Of a DNA stretch of 64,000 bases, positions 46,673 to 56,632 are shown one piece after another. The translations under genes and the position numbers were made by a program. Every line of letters starts with the position of its first letter. Within the stretch, counting starts at the first letter, position 1. Where the stretch lies: assembly GCA_021802765.1 (NCBI GenBank), contig JAJZRI010000002.1:27299-91298 (forward strand), given 5' to 3'. Source of the DNA: Candidatus Micrarchaeota archaeon. GTDB taxonomy: Archaea > Micrarchaeota > Micrarchaeia > Micrarchaeales > CABMGC01. The notes below the pieces were generated by a model. That model was not told where the DNA came from and did not search any database. It worked only from the letters and a program-made list of their open reading frames with translations.

Positions 46673-47602
46673 TTAGATTCCAACAAGAAGAGGAAGCTGC
46701 GCCGAAATCTTTTTTGCAGACTCTAAAAGCGCAGCTTTTTCTTCATCCGAAAGCGCCATTACCACTATTTTTTCCACACCCTTATTGCCAAGAACAACCG
46801 GCACTCCAAGGAACAATCCGCTCAAGCCGTACTCCCCTTCCAGGTATGCAGAGCATGGCATTATTTTCTTTTTGTCATTGAGTATCGAGTCCACCATGCT
46901 CACAACAGACGATGCAGGCGCATAGTATGCGCTCGATCCCTCGAGTTTTATTATCTCTGCGCCGCCGTCCCTTGCGCGCTCCACAATTCTCTTAAGCTTC
47001 TCTTTTTCTATGAGCTTCTCAACTGGAAATCCATTCACCGTTGTCGCGGAGAGTATTGCGACCATCGAATCGCCATGGCTGCCAAGTATCATAGTCTTGA
47101 CCTCCTTCGGAGTTACTTTGAGCTCCTCTGATATGAATGTGGTCAGTCTTGCGGAGTCTAGCATCCCTGCCATGCCTATTATCCTTCCTTTCTCAAATCC
47201 GGTCTTTTGCCTCATGAGATATGCCATGGCATCTAGAGGATTGCTCACCATTATGACTATGCTGCTTGGCGCATACTGCTTTATTTTTTCTGCAACTGCT
47301 GCAATTATCTGCGCGTTGGTCTTCAAGAGGTCGTCGCGCGTCATTCCCTCCTTCCTCTGCGCTCCGGCCGTCACGACAACTATATCGCTCCCTGCGATCT
47401 GAGAGTAATCTCCAGTCCCGACAACACTCGAGTCGCTCCCTTCGACGGGAGTGCTCTGCTTTATGTCCAATGCGACTCCCTGCGCAAGACCCTCCGTCCT
47501 GTTTACAAGCACTACATCTGCCAATCCCTTAAGTGCAAGCAGCTGCGCTGTCGTCGAACCTACCTTGCCTGCTCCTATCACGCTTACTTTCTTGTGAGAC
47601 AT
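46673..47602 (-). CDS. mdh: Malate dehydrogenase (LDH-like MDH family)
   Basis: 'MSHKKVSVIGAGKVGSTTA' Rossmann N-terminus and 'VVVTAGAQRKEGMTRDDL'. The start is at the internal ATG (47600-47602). The track's extension to 47776 overlaps gltA. Confidence 0.9.
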   Translation of the reverse strand: MSHKKVSVIGAGKVGSTTAQLLALKGLADVVLVNRTEGLAQGVALDIKQSTPVEGSDSSVVGTGDYSQIAGSDIVVVTAGAQRKEGMTRDDLLKTNAQIIAAVAEKIKQYAPSSIVIMVSNPLDAMAYLMRQKTGFEKGRIIGMAGMLDSARLTTFISEELKVTPKEVKTMILGSHGDSMVAILSATTVNGFPVEKLIEKEKLKRIVERARDGGAEIIKLEGSSAYYAPASSVVSMVDSILNDKKKIMPCSAYLEGEYGLSGLFLGVPVVLGNKGVEKIVVMALSDEEKAALLESAKKISAQLPLLVGI

Positions 47603-47723
47603 ACCAATCAGATATATCTGGCAGGAAATATATTTAACATTGACATTGGGCCTTTTATAGAAATATAACCGAATCCGGGATGCACAATTAAATTCTTTCT
47701 TAGCATATTCTATATGTGGGATT

Positions 47724-48881
47724 ATGGTGGAAGCAGAGAAGCCGCATATAAGCAGCGGCCTTGAAGGGGTGTACATAGCCGAAAGTTCGATATGTAAGGT
47801 GGACGGACAGAATGGAAGGCTCTATTATCGGGGCTATTCGATAGATGTGCTTTCGAGTAACTCTAATTTCGCAGAGGTCTGCTACCTGCTGCTTAATGGG
47901 AAGCTCCCAAGCAGCGCAGAGTTTAGCGATTTCAACAGGCAGCTTGTCGAGGCAAGGGATCTTCCAGAAGGCGTTGTGAATATAATCAAGGAAATGTCTA
48001 AAAAGTCCCATCCAATGGATATTCTTAGGACGGCTGTCTCCTCACTCTCTGCTTATGACGCAGAGACTGCAGATCAGTCGCCAGAGGCCAATTTGCGTAA
48101 GAGCATTAGGATAATCTCTAAGATGTCGAGCATAGTAGCAACGATTGGCAGGATAAATGCGGGTGGAAGCTATGTTGCTCCGGACAAATCCCTTTCACAC
48201 GAGGAGAACTTTTTGTACATGCTCAACGCAAAGAAGCCGGACAAAAGGCAGGTGGACATAATGCGCGACATGTTCATAATACACGCAGAGCACAGTTCCA
48301 ACGCATCGACATTCGGCACAATGGTCGCAGGTTCAACGCTTGCCGACATATACTCTGCAATAACATCTGGAATATCAGTATTGAAAGGACCTCTGCACGG
48401 CGGCGCAGATGAGGCGGCGCTTCGGATGATGAAGGCCATAGGAAGCCCGGACAATACCGAAGCGTACATAGATAGCGCACTTGCAGGAAAGCAGAAGATA
48501 ATGGGATTCGGGCACAGAGTCTACAAGGCTTACGATCCGCGTGCAAAGATAATCAAGGCATATCTTGAATCGCTTCAGCTCGATGCCAGTGCCGAGGTAA
48601 AGACATACACCGCAATAGCCCTACGGTCGGAGAAGATGATGGTCGAAAAACTGAGCCAGTCGCACGGAATATGGCCCAACGTCGACTTCTTTGCAGGTCC
48701 GGTTTACGTTGCCGCAGGAATACCTCCGGAGCTCTTCACTCCGATATTCGCCGCAAGCAGGTCTCCTGGATGGTGCGCACACATGCTCGAGTACTGGAAG
48801 AACAACAAGCTCTTTAGGCCCCTAGAGGTCTACACCGGGCAGCTGGATCTGCAGTACGTGCCAATAGAAAAGAGGCAGTGA
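47724..48881 (+). CDS. gltA: Citrate synthase
   Basis: Signature 'GFGHRVYKAYDPRA' and 'LHGGA'. Confidence 0.95.
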   Translation: MVEAEKPHISSGLEGVYIAESSICKVDGQNGRLYYRGYSIDVLSSNSNFAEVCYLLLNGKLPSSAEFSDFNRQLVEARDLPEGVVNIIKEMSKKSHPMDILRTAVSSLSAYDAETADQSPEANLRKSIRIISKMSSIVATIGRINAGGSYVAPDKSLSHEENFLYMLNAKKPDKRQVDIMRDMFIIHAEHSSNASTFGTMVAGSTLADIYSAITSGISVLKGPLHGGADEAALRMMKAIGSPDNTEAYIDSALAGKQKIMGFGHRVYKAYDPRAKIIKAYLESLQLDASAEVKTYTAIALRSEKMMVEKLSQSHGIWPNVDFFAGPVYVAAGIPPELFTPIFAASRSPGWCAHMLEYWKNNKLFRPLEVYTGQLDLQYVPIEKRQ

Positions 48882-51679
48882 GTCTTTACATGGATTGGAA
48901 ATCCCTCAAATCATCGGTCTTCTCAGAATTCAGGTCAGCCGATGGAAGTGCAATATCCTACTATTCTCTACCAAAGCTCGAAGGAATGGGATACAAGATA
49001 TCAAGGCTCCCATTCTCGATAAGGGTAGTGCTAGAATCGCTCCTTAGGAATCTTGACGGGACGGAGGTTACTCTTGATGACGTGGAGCTTCTTTCAGGAT
49101 GGAATCCGAAGGATCCTTCGGACAGGGACGTGCCCTTCAAGGTCTCAAGGGTTCTAATGCAGGACTTTACCGGGGTGCCAGCCATAGTGGATCTTGCAGC
49201 AATGCGCGAGTATCTCACCACGATGGGAGAGGACGCGCAGAAGATAAAGCCCGTGATACCTGTCGACCTTGTAATAGACCACTCAGTTCAGGTCGATTCT
49301 TTCAATCTTCCAAGTTCGCTTCAAATAAATCAGGAGAAGGAGATGCAGAGGAATCGGGAGAGATATGCACTTCTCAAGTGGGCCGACAGCGCATTCCAAG
49401 GTTTTAGGGTATTCCCGCCGTCCGCGGGAATATGCCACCAGGTCAATCTCGAATATCTGGCAACGTGCGTGACAGTCTCGGATATCAACGGCAAGAAGAT
49501 AGCCTTCCCAGACACTCTTGTAGGCACTGATTCGCATACTACTATGGTTGACAGTCTGGGCATAGTGGGATTTGGCGTGGGAGGAATAGAAGCCGAGGCC
49601 GCTTTGCTTGGGCAATCCGTTGCACTCACCACCCCAAAAGTTCTTGGCGTGAAGTTAACCGGATCGCTGCGGGACGGGATAACTGCTACGGACTTTGCGC
49701 TCACGCTTACTAAAATATTAAGGAACAACGGAGTTGTCAACATGTTCGTCGAATTCTTTGGCGAGGGTCTGGAATCGCTATCTCTTCCAGATCGGGCAAC
49801 ACTCTCCAACATGTGCCCCGAATATGGTGCAACTATAGCCATCTTCCCTCCTGACGAGGATACTTTCAGGTACATGGAGATGACCGGAAGGAAGAAGGAG
49901 GCAATTGAAGTTGCGAGAAGATACTACCTGGAGCAGGGAATGCTAAACATAGACTATAGCAAGGTAGAATACAGTGACACAATTACCGTTGATTTAAGCA
50001 GCATAGTGCCATGCGTTTCAGGGCCAAGCCAGCCAAAGCAGGAGATCCCGCTTCCAAGCGTAAGATCCAACTTCATGGACACATTCCTGAAAAATGACAG
50101 TTCAGCCCAGGTCCTTGATGAACTCACACGAAATGATTATAATCGCCTGGCTTCTGAAAGCGCCGCTGCCGGGCCAAACAATGTCAAAATCTCCCATCAC
50201 AAGGATATAAAGAAGGCACATCTTAGGTATGATGACGGATATGAAACTGACCTATCCGATGGCGATGTGGTCATATCCTCGATAACCAGCTGCACCAATA
50301 CCAGCAATCCAGAGGTAATGATAGGGGCAGGGATACTGGCAAAGAAAGCGCTGGAGAAGGGACTTAAGGTCGATACGCGCAAGGTCAAGACAAGCCTCGG
50401 CCCAGGCTCAAGGGTCGTGATGAGGTATCTTGAACGCGCAGGACTTGTCGAACCGCTTGCAAGGCTAGGCTATGGGCTTGTAGGCTACGGCTGCATAACA
50501 TGCATAGGAAACAGCGGGCCGCTGATAGACAAGCAAAGCGATGCTATAAATGGCAACGACCTTGTTGTTGCATCAGTGCTGTCGGGCAACAGGAACTACG
50601 AGGCCAGGATACACCGCGACGTGCGTGCAAATTACCTAATGTCCCCACCAATGCTCATAGCGTTCGCGATAGCTGGAAGCGTCCTCAAAGACCTCTCATC
50701 CGAGCCTCTTGGCAGGGATTTAAGCGGCAATGACGTCTATCTAAAGGACATCTGGCCGACAAATGCAGAGGTATCTGAGGCGATAAAGAGGTCGGTAAGC
50801 ATAGATCTTTTTGAAAGCGAGTACGGACACGGCATAGAAAATGTCAATCCGTATTGGAGCAGGCTATCATCGCCTACCGGCAGCATGTATGCCTGGGACA
50901 TGGAGAGTACCTACATACGCCTGCCGCCCTTCTTTGACCACTTCAATCCATCAGAAAAAAGGAAGATAATGCCAATTAAAGAGGCAAGGGTGCTTGCGGC
51001 TTTTGGTGATTCGATATCTACTGATCACATCTCTCCGGCCGGTGCAATAGGAAAGGACAGCCCTGCAGGCAAGTATCTCCTGCAGCACAATGTGGCTCAG
51101 GCGGACTTCAACACCTATGGCACCAGGAGGGGCAATCATGAAGTGATGATGCGCGGAACGTTTGCAAATAACAGGATAAAGAACAGGATCATGAATGGTA
51201 AGGAAGGTGGTTATACCCTGCACTATCCTGACATGAAGGAGATGACAATATACGATGCTGCGATGCTTTACAAAGGCGAATCTGTACCTCTGGTTGTAAT
51301 AGCCGGCAGTGAGTACGGCTCGGGGAGCTCTAGGGACTGGGCTGCAAAGGGCCCGATGTTACTTGGCGTGAAGGCAGTAGTTGCTAAGGGATACGAAAGG
51401 ATACATAGGAGCAACCTCATAGGTATGGGTGTTATTCCTCTCCAGTTCGCACAAGGCGAGGACGCCGACACGCTAAAGATAGACTTCAGTAAAACAATAG
51501 ACATAGAGATCAAGGAGGGTATGTCCCCAAGGGATAAGGTAAGGATGAGCTACACCAGAGCAGATGGCAAGCCCGGAGAAGCGATTTTGATAAGCAGGAT
51601 AGACACCACTCTGGAGCTTGATTATTATGAGTCTGGAGGAATATTGAATCATGTAATAAAGAAGATAATTGGCAAGTGA
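48878..51679 (+). CDS. acn: Aconitate hydratase (AcnA/IRP type)
   Basis: 'GTDSHTTM', 'SCTNTSNP' and 'CITCIGNSG' cluster ligand motifs. 930 aa. The start is GTG 48878 (overlapping the gltA stop) or ATG 48890. Confidence 0.95.
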   Translation: MSLYMDWKSLKSSVFSEFRSADGSAISYYSLPKLEGMGYKISRLPFSIRVVLESLLRNLDGTEVTLDDVELLSGWNPKDPSDRDVPFKVSRVLMQDFTGVPAIVDLAAMREYLTTMGEDAQKIKPVIPVDLVIDHSVQVDSFNLPSSLQINQEKEMQRNRERYALLKWADSAFQGFRVFPPSAGICHQVNLEYLATCVTVSDINGKKIAFPDTLVGTDSHTTMVDSLGIVGFGVGGIEAEAALLGQSVALTTPKVLGVKLTGSLRDGITATDFALTLTKILRNNGVVNMFVEFFGEGLESLSLPDRATLSNMCPEYGATIAIFPPDEDTFRYMEMTGRKKEAIEVARRYYLEQGMLNIDYSKVEYSDTITVDLSSIVPCVSGPSQPKQEIPLPSVRSNFMDTFLKNDSSAQVLDELTRNDYNRLASESAAAGPNNVKISHHKDIKKAHLRYDDGYETDLSDGDVVISSITSCTNTSNPEVMIGAGILAKKALEKGLKVDTRKVKTSLGPGSRVVMRYLERAGLVEPLARLGYGLVGYGCITCIGNSGPLIDKQSDAINGNDLVVASVLSGNRNYEARIHRDVRANYLMSPPMLIAFAIAGSVLKDLSSEPLGRDLSGNDVYLKDIWPTNAEVSEAIKRSVSIDLFESEYGHGIENVNPYWSRLSSPTGSMYAWDMESTYIRLPPFFDHFNPSEKRKIMPIKEARVLAAFGDSISTDHISPAGAIGKDSPAGKYLLQHNVAQADFNTYGTRRGNHEVMMRGTFANNRIKNRIMNGKEGGYTLHYPDMKEMTIYDAAMLYKGESVPLVVIAGSEYGSGSSRDWAAKGPMLLGVKAVVAKGYERIHRSNLIGMGVIPLQFAQGEDADTLKIDFSKTIDIEIKEGMSPRDKVRMSYTRADGKPGEAILISRIDTTLELDYYESGGILNHVIKKIIGK

Positions 51680-51683
51680 TACT

Positions 51684-52706
51684 ATGACAAAGAAGAATTC
51701 ATGGAAAGTTGCAATACTTCCAGGCGATGGGACCGGACCAGAGCTTATCGACGCTGCAATGATCGTACTCGATGAGGTAAGAAAGAAGTTCAAGATAGAC
51801 ATAAAAACAGAGTTTGGCGAGGCCGGGCTCAACTGTATAGATAGGTACGGAACCAATCTCCCAGAAAAGACCGTAGAGATACTCAAGAGATCCGACTGCG
51901 TCATAAAAGGACCTATGACTACGCCGGAAGGCGCAGGTTCCCAGGTCAGCGCCGCGGTAAAGATACGCAAGATGTTCGAGTTGTACGCAAACGTAAGGCC
52001 TGCAAAGACTATGCCTGGAGTGAGCAGCCTAAAACCTGGCATAGACCTTGTCATAGTCAGAGAGAACACCGAAGGGATGTACTCGGGGCTTGACTTCATG
52101 GTGAGCAAGGACACTGCAATAGGGATAAGGGTCATAACACGGGAAGGGAGCAGAAGGATAGGCAAGTTCGCGCTTGACCTTGCAATGAAGAGGAAGAGGC
52201 ACCTGACCATAGTGCACAAGGGCAATGTGCTAAAGGTGTCAGATGCTCTACTCAAAGACACAATAATGGAAGTAGCTAAAGGCTACAAAAGCGTTGAAGT
52301 TGACGATGCACACGTAGACGCCATGGCACAATGGCTCATCAAGAATCCTGAGAAATACGATGTCATAGTGACTGAGAATCTCTTTGGAGACATACTCTCT
52401 GACGAATCCTCAATGATAGTTGGAGGGATAGGAACTGGTCCCTCAGCCAATATCGGCAACGGCTATGCGATGTTTGAGCCGATTCACGGGTCAGCTCCAA
52501 AATACGCAGGAACTGGAAAAGCAAATCCGGTGGCGACCATAATGTCCATGAAGATGATGTTTGAATGGATGGGTTACGATAATGCCGCGCAGTCAATAGA
52601 AAATGCAGTGATAGGCTCAATAAAGAAGGGCGTCAAGACTGCAGATCTCGGTGGAAAAAGCAACTGCACAGAAGTTGCAAGAGCAATAGCCCTCGGAATA
52701 AAATAA
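51684..52706 (+). CDS. icd: Isocitrate dehydrogenase (isocitrate/isopropylmalate dehydrogenase family)
   Basis: 'VAILPGDGTGPE', 'NLFGDILSDE' and 'HGSAPKYAG'. The substrate assignment comes from operon context with gltA-acn. Confidence 0.7.
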   Translation: MTKKNSWKVAILPGDGTGPELIDAAMIVLDEVRKKFKIDIKTEFGEAGLNCIDRYGTNLPEKTVEILKRSDCVIKGPMTTPEGAGSQVSAAVKIRKMFELYANVRPAKTMPGVSSLKPGIDLVIVRENTEGMYSGLDFMVSKDTAIGIRVITREGSRRIGKFALDLAMKRKRHLTIVHKGNVLKVSDALLKDTIMEVAKGYKSVEVDDAHVDAMAQWLIKNPEKYDVIVTENLFGDILSDESSMIVGGIGTGPSANIGNGYAMFEPIHGSAPKYAGTGKANPVATIMSMKMMFEWMGYDNAAQSIENAVIGSIKKGVKTADLGGKSNCTEVARAIALGIK

Positions 52707-52871
52707 TATTTATTTGATCTGCCAGATGCAATCTCGCAAACCCCTTAACTCCTGATTTTCTGGCCAGTAGTCATTTTAAACCTTGCGCCTTGCCCTTACT
52801 CTTACCGCTGCCTTTAAGAACAACAGATGCCAAATACCAATCAGAGGGTTGGGGAATCCTTTAGTGCTTTT

Positions 52872-52910
52872 GGGAGCGCAGTCGCACTTCCACTGCTCCC
52901 GCTTCTTTTT
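52872..52910 (+). terminator. Hairpin plus T5 tract downstream of icd
   Basis: GGGAGCGCAGT...ACTGCTCCC forms a 9-bp stem with a 2-nt bulge and a 9-nt loop. It is followed by gcttcttttt. Confidence 0.3.
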
Positions 52911-52950
52911 AATTCCTTTCTACCGATTAGTTTTAAGGCGAGGCCAGAAA

Positions 52951-54108
52951 ATGATAGAATTCCTAGGATTGGCAGTTGCGGCACTGGCTCTTTGCATTGC
53001 AAGCATAATCTCGCTCAAGCTCAAGGTACCTCCTCTCATAGTATTCCTTCTAATAGGGATGGTTGTAGGGACCCTTGGATATCTTCAGGACAATGCATCT
53101 ATAGCGTTCATAGGCGGATTGGGCAGCGTCATGCTTCTTTTTGCAATAGGTACTGAATTCTCAATATACAAGCTCTTCAAAACCGGTTTCTTTAGGGAGA
53201 TACAAGCTGCTTTAATAGAGCTCCTCCTGTCCTTTGCCATCCTCTATATGATATTCTCAATCTGGTTTGATCCTACCACGGCAATGATAATAGCATTGGC
53301 GTTCTCGATAACGAGTACGGGAATATCCCTAAAGCTTCTTCAGGAACTGGGCCTTACAAAGAAGTTTGACATACACCTAATAGTAAAGATAAGCGTAATA
53401 GAGGATCTTATAACCGTCCTGGTGTTTGCCATAATCAGCTCGATATCCGTGTCATCGGGCAGCCCCATCAACGCGGTGATAATATCCTTCTTCGTTTCCA
53501 TCTTTCTGTTCATAATTGCATACTACCTATTCTCGGCCTTCCTGGATCGATTCCTATTCAGATTCGACATAAAGGAGGAGGACATTCTCATGCTCGCGCT
53601 AGGTACCCTGCTCTTGTTCGTATCCATAGCAAGCGCGCTTGGACTTTCTGCATCCTTCGGCGCATACATAGCCGGCAGCGTGGTCAGCGTGTGGAAGGAA
53701 AAGTGGGCTGCCCTTGAAAATGATATGCGCAAATTCTCCTACATATTCATATCCTTCTTCTTCCTAAGCGTAGGGCTTGAAGTAAATTTGGCAAACGTCA
53801 ATGTGTCAATGCTCTTCTTGATACTTGCAATAATTCTTGTAGTAAAATTTGCAGGACTCTTCGTTGGCACGCAGGTGGCGTTCAGGAGCTATAGGACATC
53901 ATTCTTTACCTCTCTTGGCATGCTCTCGCGCGGCGAGCTTTCGCTTATAATAGCCAGTGCGGCAGTCACGTCAGGCATAATCTCCCAGTATTTCCTTACT
54001 ATAACTGCGCTAGCCGTTCTTTTATCCGTGGTGATATCAGCAATACTCCTCAGATTCTCATCAGACATCTACTATGTCCTGAGGATAAAGCTGCCCATGC
54101 ACATGTGA
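52951..54108 (+). CDS. Cation/proton antiporter (CPA2/Kef-type, membrane domain only)
   Basis: 'MIEFLGLAVAALALCIASIISLKLKVPPLIVFLLIGMVVG' is the typical N-terminus, followed by ~12 TM segments. The start is at the internal ATG. The track's extension from 52783 is non-coding. Confidence 0.75.
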   Translation: MIEFLGLAVAALALCIASIISLKLKVPPLIVFLLIGMVVGTLGYLQDNASIAFIGGLGSVMLLFAIGTEFSIYKLFKTGFFREIQAALIELLLSFAILYMIFSIWFDPTTAMIIALAFSITSTGISLKLLQELGLTKKFDIHLIVKISVIEDLITVLVFAIISSISVSSGSPINAVIISFFVSIFLFIIAYYLFSAFLDRFLFRFDIKEEDILMLALGTLLLFVSIASALGLSASFGAYIAGSVVSVWKEKWAALENDMRKFSYIFISFFFLSVGLEVNLANVNVSMLFLILAIILVVKFAGLFVGTQVAFRSYRTSFFTSLGMLSRGELSLIIASAAVTSGIISQYFLTITALAVLLSVVISAILLRFSSDIYYVLRIKLPMHM

Positions 54109-54183
54109 AGAAGGTATCACCCGATTATAAAAATCTTCAGCTGGTTTAAAAATATTCTTTGCCAATATGTATCTAGTGATTAC

Positions 54184-54798
54184 GTGGTATTCATTGACAA
54201 TCTGGCGTACTCGCTATTTGCCATAAGCGTAGCGGGATTTCTTTTGCTGTACACTTTCGCATCGATGTATCTTGCGTACAGGAAGAGAAGCAAGGACTAC
54301 AGCACATATCTAAAAGGAGGAAGCATTCCCCTTGCCATAGTTGGAGCATATCTTGTTGTCATGGGCCTTTGGGGTCAGTTCGTTTGGCCTCTACCAGGGA
54401 GCTACAACATACTATTCTATGACCCATTTGTCTCATTCGGGCTCATAATGCTCGCATTCGCCGCCGCAGCAAGGATGGGCGGAAAGATGGAGTATGCAGG
54501 TTTCATGGCTCTGCTATTTGGCGTAATGGTCATAATCTACGGAATACAGGGATATGGGATAGGGCTCACTCAGGAGCCCATAGCGCTCCTTGCAATGTAC
54601 TTCTTCTACGGAGTAGCCGCAATATTTGCGTTCCCGGTCTCACTTATAGCAGATAGAATGCCTGGCCTCAAGCCTGGTTTCTGGAAGGGCTGGTACGTGA
54701 TGCTCGGCATCTTCTTCGTATCGCTCCTTATCGCAAGCCTTCTTGCAGGATACATAGGGGCGCTGGCTATCCCGGCGCACCTGCTCAGTGCGCCTTGA
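54184..54798 (+). CDS. Multi-pass membrane protein; function unknown
   Basis: 204 aa with about 6 hydrophobic helices. GTG start. Confidence 0.5.
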   Translation: MVFIDNLAYSLFAISVAGFLLLYTFASMYLAYRKRSKDYSTYLKGGSIPLAIVGAYLVVMGLWGQFVWPLPGSYNILFYDPFVSFGLIMLAFAAAARMGGKMEYAGFMALLFGVMVIIYGIQGYGIGLTQEPIALLAMYFFYGVAAIFAFPVSLIADRMPGLKPGFWKGWYVMLGIFFVSLLIASLLAGYIGALAIPAHLLSAP

Positions 54799-54915
54799 TA
54801 AGACGCACTGCGCAATAGGTCAGGTGTATCTTAGTGCCGCTCGCGCCTAGTCACAAATATATTAGTGATTGGTGCTAAGATAGTGGCTCTTTGCCCGGCC
54901 CACAAAGGTTGTATC

Positions 54916-56625
54916 ATGCCCGCATCAATGCTAAAATTCTCGGAAGATGACAATGGAATAGAGCTCGAGTCTTTTAGCGATGATGAAGCAAAGAACCTTG
55001 AGCGCGTCATCACAAACACCAAAAGCAACATATTCGCATGGAGGCTCGGGGAGGATCTCACTCCCGAGCAGGTCGGCGCGCTTCTCTCAAGGTACAGCAG
55101 GACCGTGCTCACAGGAAAGCGCCTCTTCCTAAAGGAATTCCTGCCAAACAAGAGCCGCGGTAGGGAGTTCTTCGAATCGTGGCTCATAGATTACGGCGAT
55201 GATTCCATACAGGAGATGGCCGGAGGTCTGCCGATGTCCTGCGAGTTCGTCTCCAATCTTGCGGTAAAGGAGATAGAGGACAATCGCATGGGCTCATACA
55301 TCGAGAAGTCGTCGCGCTACGTGTTCTTCGACAAGAAGCTGCCCAATGGGGAGTACATGTTCTACAAGGATCCCGACATACTCTCCTCGCGCTTCGGAGA
55401 CGAATATCTCTCGCTGATGCACTCCTTGTTCGATTCGTACACTGGCAATCTGCAAAGGATGTCGGATTACATAAAGTCCGAGAACCCGTTTGATAATCAA
55501 TCATTTCGTATCGGCGACATATCCGTAAAGGCATCCGAACTAACAGATGAGATGTCAGAGAAGTACGGGATAAGCGTTGAAGATCTTAAGAAGTCGTATG
55601 ACAACGCCGTGAAGGCCAATGCACTTGACTTCATGCGCGACTATCTACCGATGGCGACCCTTACGCATGTTGGTGTGAGTGCAAACGCCAGAGTATACGA
55701 TGGTATGATAAACAAGATGCTGGCATCCCCTCTTGCAGAATCAAGATGGGTAGCAAAGAGCATGCTCGCGGAGCTCAACAAGCTTGTTCCCTCTCTTACA
55801 AAGAGGATAGGCGAGAAGCACGGATCCGACTACCGCGACTTCCTCTCTTCAAGAAGCAAGGAGATAAGGGAGCATCTGAGCTGGTTCGAGACCCAACCGA
55901 TCAAGTCCCAAAACTCCGTGGACCTGATAGAGTATGCCGGCAAGGGCGCTGCCAATCCGGACCTTGAAGCACAGATAATGCTCTCAGGGGCAATACTATA
56001 CCGATTCCTTGATGGGATATCATTCACAGACGCGCTCGATAAGGCAGCAAAGATAAAGCAGGAGGAGCGACTTGAGATAATAAGAAAGTATACTGGAGTG
56101 AGGGGCAATCGGCGTCACCGAGTAGGAAGGGCCTTTGAGAATCTAGATTACCTCTTTGATCTCAAGGGAAGGATAGGGATATACCGCGATTTGCAAAGGC
56201 ACAGGATCGGCACGCAGGAGAGGCAGAACTTCACCACTATCCTTGGATATGACACAAGAAAGGAGTTTGATGCGATAGGGATATCTGATGATTACAAGAG
56301 CAAGATGGCGCAGGTAGCCGATCTCTACACCAAGCTCAATGAGACGCTGCCATATCAGGCGCAGTATGTTGTCACCTATGGCTTCTATACGCGGTGGTAT
56401 TATCGGGCGAATGCAAGGCAGCTCTTCCACTTCTGCGAATTAAGATCAACTCCAAGCGGCCATCCTGATTACAGGAAGATCGCGCAGGACATGTACACGA
56501 AAGTCAGGGAGATGCATCCGACAGTAGCCTCGTACATGAATTTTGTAAACATGGATGACAAGCAGCTTGGAAGGCTCGAATCTGAGATAAGGATAGCTGT
56601 TAAGAGAAAGGCGCTTTCCGTATAA
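54916..56625 (+). CDS. thyX: FAD-dependent thymidylate synthase ThyX, tandem two-domain (fused pseudo-dimer) form
   Basis: First half: 'NRMGSYIEKSSRYV' (S..S.RY present, RHR absent) and 'LPMATLTHVGVSANARVYDGMINKM'. Second half: 'LQRHRIGTQERQNF' (RHR present) and 'RANARQLFHFCELRSTPSGHPDYRKIAQDM'. Confidence 0.7.
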   Translation: MPASMLKFSEDDNGIELESFSDDEAKNLERVITNTKSNIFAWRLGEDLTPEQVGALLSRYSRTVLTGKRLFLKEFLPNKSRGREFFESWLIDYGDDSIQEMAGGLPMSCEFVSNLAVKEIEDNRMGSYIEKSSRYVFFDKKLPNGEYMFYKDPDILSSRFGDEYLSLMHSLFDSYTGNLQRMSDYIKSENPFDNQSFRIGDISVKASELTDEMSEKYGISVEDLKKSYDNAVKANALDFMRDYLPMATLTHVGVSANARVYDGMINKMLASPLAESRWVAKSMLAELNKLVPSLTKRIGEKHGSDYRDFLSSRSKEIREHLSWFETQPIKSQNSVDLIEYAGKGAANPDLEAQIMLSGAILYRFLDGISFTDALDKAAKIKQEERLEIIRKYTGVRGNRRHRVGRAFENLDYLFDLKGRIGIYRDLQRHRIGTQERQNFTTILGYDTRKEFDAIGISDDYKSKMAQVADLYTKLNETLPYQAQYVVTYGFYTRWYYRANARQLFHFCELRSTPSGHPDYRKIAQDMYTKVREMHPTVASYMNFVNMDDKQLGRLESEIRIAVKRKALSV

Positions 56626-56632
56626 TTAGGCA

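Noticed and set aside
47603-47776. N-terminal extension of the mdh ORF.
   Set aside because: The extension overlaps the divergent gltA start and promoter. The Rossmann motif begins right after the internal 'MSHKK'.
51473-52261. 262-aa minus-strand ORF across the acn/icd junction.
   Set aside because: It is antisense to two genes with unmistakable conserved motifs. Its product is low-complexity (S/L/P/I-rich).
52783-52950. N-terminal extension of the antiporter ORF.
   Set aside because: The extension has no transporter-like sequence and covers a hairpin plus T-tract. The canonical N-terminal TM starts at the internal Met (52951).
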